A DNA stretch of 43,859 bases, the filler included, from Jimgerdemannia flammicorona (lineage: Eukaryota), in the NCBI GenBank assembly GCA_003990765.1. It is 2 parts of 2 records of this genome, joined end to end, with 100 filler letters (N's around TTAATTAATTAA, not from the genome) between each part and the next. Parts side by side here need not be neighbours in the genome. Positions count along the whole stretch, not along the records: positions 21,981 to 43,859 come from RBNJ01001375.1; 1 more part is not named here. One strand, 5' to 3'. The notes under the pieces are model-generated. The model was not told the origin of the DNA and did no database searches. It worked only from the letters and a program-made list of their open reading frames with translations. Of the stretch, positions 36,640 to 43,859 are shown one piece after another. The position numbers and the translations under genes are program-made. Numbering within the stretch: position 1 is the stretch's first letter; the number at the start of each line of letters is the position of its first letter.

Positions 36640-37859
36640 CAGGTTTTGAGGAAGTTGTATGCGGTTATTCGATCATGTCAAAACGTTGAGGAACATTTAA
36701 AACACCTAACGTATTGCGTTTGGCGTATTTGTTTCCGGGCTTTGGCTCTCCAGTATATTTTTGCTAAGAATCACGTCGGACTCAGATAGCAATGCCATAT
36801 TTTTCGAGAATAGCACAGCACACACTGTTCATTTCGTACTTCAAAGGAAAATAAAATAAAACAACAAATCCACTCCTGACTTCGTGGTGAAACCCTCGTG
36901 GCTCCTTTGCCGGATCCGGCAACTTTCAACAATGGGAGAAGGAACGTGTTTCACTGCTTTGTGCTCAAACCTGTATAGTGAAACTAATGTACAACAATGG
37001 TCTTACTTTTCATATTCCGAAAATCTTATTAAAAGGTAATCATCGTGCACCTCCCCCTCCCTCTTTTCCATTTGACGAGGACAACCGTGGGTCATAATTA
37101 CAAAGTTATATAAACTTGTTTTTGTGTGAAACGAGCTGATATATCTTCCGCACAGGACGGGCAATACTCGCGGGCGAGAAGAGTTAGAAACGACTATTAT
37201 ACTTGACAAAGAATGAAGGTTAAGCATGCATTGAATTTTGTATATTTCCCCACCTTTTCTGGTATTTTTCTTGTACCCGTTTCCAAACCGTGCACTCACA
37301 ATGTTTGGCAGACCCGCAATCTGCTTGCCAATCTTGACTGCTCTTTATGCTAGTTAACGAGTTTCTTGAGTAAGACAAGAGACCAAGTTAAGTCATTGAA
37401 TATCATAGAGTGTAGTATAGTTGTAAGAAAATTGACAAATGATATATTTCCGTTTCTGTATTTTCAGATTTTTCGTGTATATAAAAAAAAAAAGTTCTTG
37501 CTCGATTATGCATGATAGATCAATTTTGAGTGCTTGACTATTATGACTAATTCTGAGTATGTAGTTAGGCTTAAAGAGTTGGTCTTTTTGCAAACACAAA
37601 AATGATTATGAAAATTTTCCACATTGTGATGATTCGAGTATGTTCGATTGGTGAATTGGGTTAGGAATAAAATAAATATGCTCCACGGTATGGTTTGTCT
37701 AGCCTTCTATATGGGACGTCACCTCGACACGTGGGTTGGTGACCAAAACAAAAATTTCGCCAGACTAACCTGATTGGAACATTTCGGTGTGGGACCTTGA
37801 CACTATAACATTATTTTCTGCTTCACCGCAAGTTCCTCTCGAACTGGTTGTGGGTCATC

Positions 37860-38660
37860 ATGCCCCGTGAGAGCGTCTCCGCTCGGATCGGCCAATATAT
37901 TTGGAACGGATCGGGAAGCATTTGCTCCATGTCTTGGTGCTCTGAAGGGGTTCGACCAGATGACATGCGTCACAAAGAGTAGCCAAGATGCATGTTTACG
38001 TAATACCGCATACGCTGAGACACGCGCTTAGAGAGCCACTCGATCTTCGTTGGCGTTGCAGAAGGTGACGACCTGAAGGATGCTCTCCTTGCTGAAGGTT
38101 TTTAGTAGGAGTTAGAAATAGAATGACCGGGCATAGACATCATAGTAACGATTTTTTTCAAATCGTTTGATCTTGTTTAATGATGAGCCCTTATTATCAC
38201 TTAACGCATTGTAACATGTCCCATCCTATCGGCAAACCCTGAAATGCATGTCTTTCACGCGTTCCCTTCTCACTTTCGACAGACTTACCACATGAAATCG
38301 GTAGCCATCTCTTAAACGCCCGACATAATCACCCGGAACGTTATATTCTTACCTTCTTTGGATTCTTTTTTGAACCCTCCTGTCGTAATTTCATCCGCGG
38401 CATTAGGGACCGGCACCTAACCATAATCAGTCCAAAGGCCGCTGATTGGATGTTGCAAAAGATAAAGTGGATGCCTGCATCGAACCTTCCACCTTTGTGC
38501 TAGGTGCCTGAAGACAGTAAAACCAGTAACAACCTGCGTGAGAGCTTGATATCCGTGGATGCTCAGGTCCAAGCGATGTGGGATTGATCGAGGACGTCGT
38601 GGCGCTGTTGAATGTATGTGGAACGCTCATAGCTTTGCGTGGGATCGTATGTTGAGTGAG
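37860..38660 (+). pseudogene. Possible leucine-rich-repeat gene remnant
   Basis: Frameshifted NLRE/LDIRGCSGPSDVGL at ~38531-38586 resembles a Cys-containing LRR. The rest is unconvincing and the boundaries are approximate. Confidence 0.25.
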
Positions 38661-39872
38661 GGATGAAGAAAGAAGCGGTGTGTAATCCAGTATGTCTTGC
38701 TACCCTGAATCGAAGGGTGAAGCTGGATGCGGAACGCATGTATATATTACGGCAAATGAGATCTTGGTCTATAAAAAAAAAAAATGAGATCTTGGTTGAG
38801 GTTTATGCTACAAATGCCACCAATATATTCTACCTCGTCGGACCATATCACAATCTAATGAAAAACATTCGACCCGGTTAGTTAAGGTTTTATCCCAAGG
38901 TTGGTCAGATGGCAAATAAGAACTCGCAAGAATTTATGGGAACTGTGACCACATCTGTCGGTTTGTCACGTTGAATGGGGTTTCTGTCTAAACCTTTCGG
39001 TGCAGCGAGACTTTTTTCGCTTGCATTTTGCATATTTTACCTTGAGGGGTCAAGGCATCTAGGTAGGTAAATTAATTCACCAGCGCAGCATATACCATGC
39101 TGCTTGCTGGTGAAAAGTTGTGTCATGTTTAACTCGCGAAGGGATCCTTTGACATGAAGCGATCCTGCCTGTTAAGTTTCTGGCTAACCTATAATTTTTT
39201 ATTAACAAATATAATACTTGTAGACATAACAGAATCCCCACCTTTACTCTCTCAAACCCTACAATGTTTATTCCTCCTGAACTTGATCATAAAACATGCC
39301 ATTCTTCTCCTTTGAGTTCTACAACCGCGAATGCAAGCGATATCCAACCCGCCTCCGATCGCAAAACATATAATTATTTTCCTTTTAGTTTCGAAAACTA
39401 GCTACATCGTGCTCACGATCATAAAATATGTCATTTAATCTCCAAACATTGATCAAAGTATTATCAATATGTCGATTGGAATCAGCAAATAGTGTCCACG
39501 CATAGAGGACTAGGCTCGGGTTTGATTTCTAGTTTCATGCGTTTGCACAGCTGAAAAAAAAAGAGATGATCACCTTTTCTTCTGATTTCACAAGGATTCG
39601 TTTATTTAATAATAACACAATCGCAATCTCCTCCTTGTCTGATTTTTACCAAAGTTGGGTAAACGGATATGCTATCAACGACCTTTTAGCATGGTTACTC
39701 CCGTCAGCTGATAGCCAAATCGTATTGTTGCATTTGCAAAAAGTGTATCATCCAATACTAAGTCTGTTCTCCCGTTTTTGGTTTCGTTTCCTATTTGTCT
39801 CTACGTGCTCCCCCCCCCTTCCCCACATACACACTCCCCACTTCTACTTACCGTTTAAAGATGTGCACAAAC

Positions 39873-40600
39873 ATGGCATACAAGCGCAGTAAAATCACAT
39901 TTATGACGACGGAGAAGTCACCATTCGATGCCAGCTCACAATAATCAAAGCCCATAGTGCTATTTTGAGGCCGACCTCCAAATTCTTCGAAGCCGCCCGT
40001 GGCATCCCAATCCTTCCACGCTGATAACTGGAGGAGAATTTTCAGCCGAGACTTCCATCTCCATCGTTCAGGACGTTTGCGATTGTCGTTACTATGTCAA
40101 CCTCGACGATGACGATCCCGAGAGCGTCTCCACCTTGCTCACTCTCGTTTACCGCGACCCCAACTTCGTGATCGGCTGGGACAATGTCGAGGTCGTCCTG
40201 GAACTGGCCGACAAGTACATCTTTAGCTCATCCCTTCAGGACTGCGAGAGGTTACTGGAGATTTCCCATCAGCAAAAGCCACTCACAACCCTGTATATAC
40301 CTCGCGGACAAGTATCTATTGCGTGATGTCGTCGGAGACCCGAAATCGCATCTTTCGACGGTACACGGAGATCATGAAGCAGCTTAGGGACTCGGCAAGG
40401 CAGTTCAGAATCGACGTGCCGTCGCAGATCCAGATTTACATGTGCGCCCGGACCGTGCTACGAGTATGCTGTACGACTGCTTTGCCCGGGCTCCCGGCTA
40501 CCGGTCCGTCGTCTAGGTCTGTAACTCGGCCTTTAACGTTGTTCGGCATTTTCATCACCAACCCTGTCGCACCATTGTTTATTATTGCGTGAACACCTTC
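39873..40600 (+). pseudogene. BTB/POZ-domain pseudogene
   Basis: YDDGEVTIRCQLTIIKAHSAILRPTSKFFEAA...LDDDDPESVSTLLTLVY...WDNVEVVLELADKY...YLADKY, with several frameshifts and stops. Confidence 0.8.
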
Positions 40601-41118
40601 ATGGAGAAGGTGATGGGAATTAGCGGAAGGGTGACAGTCGATGATTTGAAGGCGAAATTTGGTTGCGCCCTCGAGTTTGAGTAGATATTTTACATGGCGG
40701 ACACATATACAGAACACTCTTGTTTGCTTGCTTGCTTGCTTTGATTTGTGCATTTACTGTTCGTGTTTTCGTTTGTCGGAGAAAGCAGTTGTCAAAAAGG
40801 ACATTGGACAATACAATCTGACGCAGTGTTAGCAATAAACTTACTCCATGTCGATTTGGTGTCTTTAATCATTTGCAGAATGATAATTACGAAGGCTCCT
40901 CTGCTAACCAACAGCTTTTGTCGGCTCGCATACACATACATGTTCTCACACAAGCAAAAACCGCCGTATACACTAAGCTATTCAATTCAACCTCTGACGC
41001 TACATAATTATACTCAAAGATATCGAAATTCAGGCTTTATATCTCACATGTATTCGTATCGCAGAATCAGAGTATAGAACCTATAACACTAGTCAATTCC
41101 AACACAAATCCCCCCCAT

Positions 41119-41964
41119 TCATTTGGTCGGCGCTTCCTCAATCTCGACTTCTCTCCGCTTGGACTTAGTTTTCCCCTTCTTCCTCACGACCGTCGTCGTC
41201 ACGGTGGCGATCGTCGCCGCAGGCTCCGCCCCCCCGAGCGTCCCGGATCGCACGGCCACCCTCGCCGCCACAACTTGGTCGTGCGCCTGTTCCCGCCGCC
41301 GGATTACCTCCATCTGCGTCTCGTGCTCCTGCCGTGTGGCGCGGAGTTGCGCCGCGCGACGCTGCAGGTTCTTCGAGCGCGATTGCACCGCCAGCATCGT
41401 CGATCGGATTTTTTGCAGCTTGTTTTGGTATTGCGGAATTTTGGCGAGCTAGGGCGCGTGGTGGTGGGGGAAGGGGATTGGTATTGGTGCGAGCGAGGTT
41501 CAAGCCGGTTGCGGCGTGGAGTGCGTGGACAGATTCCTTACCGTCGAGCTGATGACCGAGAGGTCGTAATCGCGTTCCACAGACTCGTTTGTTTCTTTTA
41601 TTTGTTCCAACAACCTTTTCTGGTTCTCCCTGTCGAAGCGATCATCAGTGGAAAGTAAGCGTACGCAAGCAACGTAGTGACCAATGTGGCACGATACCAG
41701 ATAGGCAACGAACCGCCTTTCTCGGCCTCGGCGTCTTTCAACCTCCCGAGAAAGTTTCCGCTAACATATATAAATCTATACATACTCGAGGTCGCGCAGC
41801 TGCCTATCCACCTTCTCGAGTATCGGCATAAAATTGGCCGCGAAGCCCTCGGACAATAGCGGGACAGCTGATGCCGTCGCGATGTCGAAGGCATCTTCGA
41901 GGTCTTGACCATGTGTCTGCAATACTATGGAGGACACACTTTCAGTTTCGACTTCGGAGGCCAT
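41119..41964 (-). CDS. BLOC1S6: BLOC-1 subunit pallidin-like protein (198 aa; exons 41964-41786, 41629-41542, 41448-41119)
   Basis: Spliced product ...VDRQLRDLEENQKRLLEQI...IPQYQNKLQKIRSTMLAVQSRSKNLQRRAAQLR...RRREQAHDQVVAAR matches the pallidin pattern YxxKLxxIRxxM...KxLxxRAxxL. Confidence 0.85.
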
Positions 41965-42062
41965 GTCGAGAGATTCCCACCGGAGGGATCACAACCAGCC
42001 GATGCCGTTTATTTATATCGAGCCACACCCAAACAAGCCACAGGACACGAAATCTTTCTGCC
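41965..42062. promoter_or_regulatory. Probable compact bidirectional promoter
   Basis: Only 98 bp separate two divergent start codons. Confidence 0.55.
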
Positions 42063-43520
42063 ATGTTCAACCCTTTCCGCATAGGCCTAGCGAGGTATCG
42101 CAGGCATTCCCGCCTACCATCCCTTTCCCTCCGCCACACCCACACCAACCCGATTATCACCGTCCTAGGCATCGAAACCTCCTGCGACGACACCTCAGCC
42201 GCCGTCGTCACCTCGGACCGCCGCATCCTCTCCGAGTGCATCCGCCACCAGCACGTCGATCATGAACTCACGGGCGGCATTGTGCCATCTATCGCCGCAA
42301 AGAGGCACTCAGAGAATTTGCCCGGGGTCATTTGTGAGGCCCTCGAGATGGCGAAAGTTAGGGTCGAGGATTTGGATGCTATTGCTGTTACCAGGGGTCC
42401 TGGGATGGGGCCATGTTTGGCCGTAGGCGTGAATGCGGCGGCTACGCTGGCGGCGGTTATGAGGTGGGTGCTGTATTTCTTGCTTATTAAGGAGTCAGCT
42501 TGTTTCATAGGTCTTTGTATTCGACTAAAAACTTGCAATTAAACTACCCGATCGCAGGAAGCCGATCGTCGGCGTCCATCACATGGTGCGTGAATCTGAC
42601 ATTTCTCCTCGCATCTAACTCGTCATACCCACTTTATCCACTTTGCCAACCTTCCACTCCTCCACAGGAAGCCCACGCGCTAACCGCGCGCCTCACGACC
42701 CCAATCTGCCAAACCACCTCCAACTCTCCCACAACAGACCCATACTCTCCTTCTTTCCCCTTCCTAACCCTCCTCATCTCCGGCGGCCACACGCTCCTCC
42801 TCCTCGCCCACTCGCTTAATACCTATACTAAGCTTGGCACGACCCTCGACGACGCCGTCGGCGAGGCCATCGACAAAACCTCTCGTCTTCTTCGCTTGCC
42901 CTGGGCGACCATGGGACCTGGCGCCGCACTCGAGATAGCCGCAGCGAGGGGCAATCCCGATCGGTTTGGCCCCCGTCTGCCCATTCCGATGAACATGGGA
43001 TCGAGATCGAAAGAAATTTTTTTTAGCTTCTCGGGCATCAAGGCCGCCGTAGCTAGGCTCGTGGAGAAAGAGGTCGATTTAGAGTCCGCGAGGGATGTGG
43101 ATGATCTGGCGGCGGCGTTTCAGGGTGTGTGTATAGATCATTTGGTGAGGAAGACCGCGTTGGCGATTGAACGATGTCGCGGAGAAATGGGGATTCAGCT
43201 GTCGTCGCTGGTTGTCAGTGGGGGAGTTGCGAGTAACGAGGTCGTCCGGAGCAGGTGTGTATCCGTGTGTTTTCATCGCAGTTATCGAAAAGAAAAGCCT
43301 AATGCCGTTCACACTAGTTAACACACACGCACGCAGACTAACCGCCCTGGCCGCCAAGCACTCCCTCCCGCTTGTTTGCCCGCCACCTCGACTCTGCACC
43401 GACAACGGCGTTATGATCGCATGGACGGGAGTCGAGCGGTTCCGCGCCGGGCTCGTGGACGGTTATAACATGGGGATTATGCCTAAGTGGCCCATTGAGA
43501 CGCTGAAGAATAGAGGATGA
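42063..43520 (+). CDS. QRI7: Mitochondrial tRNA t6A synthase, Kae1/TsaD/Qri7 family (399 aa; exons 42063-42463, 42558-42585, 42668-43254, 43337-43520)
   Basis: VLGIETSCDDT, AVTRGPG, HHMEAH (formed across a splice), LLISGGHT, DDAVGEAIDK, FSFSGIK, VSGGVASN, LCTDNGVMIAW. Arg-rich presequence-like N-terminus. Confidence 0.97.
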
Positions 43521-43649
43521 TGAGGTGGTGTGGGAACTGAGCGGGTGGTGCGATCCAGGAGGCGATATGGGCATAGCACATATATATCGTATCTAATTTA
43601 GGTTGCAAATTAAATATAAATATGCACACGCAAACGAAACAAATATAAG

Positions 43650-43790
43650 AGGCAATAGCTTCCCTTTCAATTTGCACATGCATAAATATGTACTCTAGAT
43701 ACCTGAAGAACTATATAATCTTATCCACACATTAGTTCTTCAGGTATCTAATATATATGTGTGTGTAAATTGAAAGGGAAGCTATTGCCT
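43650..43790. repeat. Fold-back inverted repeat
   Basis: Perfect 24-bp arms at 43650-43673 / 43767-43790 and perfect 18-bp arms at 43696-43713 / 43733-43750. Confidence 0.9.
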
Positions 43791-43859
43791 TTTTATTTTT
43801 ATTTTTTGGGTTTGATGAAAAAGTACGAAGAATAATAGAAAAGGGATAATGAAAAAAAA

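Noticed and set aside
41871..42542. 223-aa ORF starting at 41871
   Set aside because: Its 5' part overlaps pallidin exon 1 in antisense. ATG 42063 gives a presequence-like start for QRI7.

Overview
Eukaryotic DNA with short GT-AG introns, most likely an early-diverging fungus (Mucoromycota-like; taxonomy is my inference from gene content and style). Bases 1-34.7 kb are a CpG-depleted transposon graveyard. It holds the 3' end of an LTR retroelement, three nested copies of one ~6.4-kb hAT DNA transposon (TIR TAGTGCTC...GAGCACTA, 8-bp TSDs), a 345-bp MITE with the same ends, an L1/Tx1-like LINE remnant plus a shorter element sharing its 3' tail, and a full-length decayed Ty3/gypsy element with a dUTPase. 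Bases 34.7-43.9 kb are CpG-normal host DNA with an F-box/Stc1-like zinc-finger gene, a BTB pseudogene, pallidin (BLOC1S6) and QRI7/OSGEPL1. The main observation is that every hAT copy carries a second, convergent, spliced gene whose reconstructed product resembles a TET/JBP-type 2OG-Fe(II) dioxygenase. The surrounding repeats show transition-only, RIP-like decay. A 100-bp artificial linker lies at 21881-21980, so adjacency across it is unproven. All protein assignments come from manual translation and motif recognition; no database searches were run.
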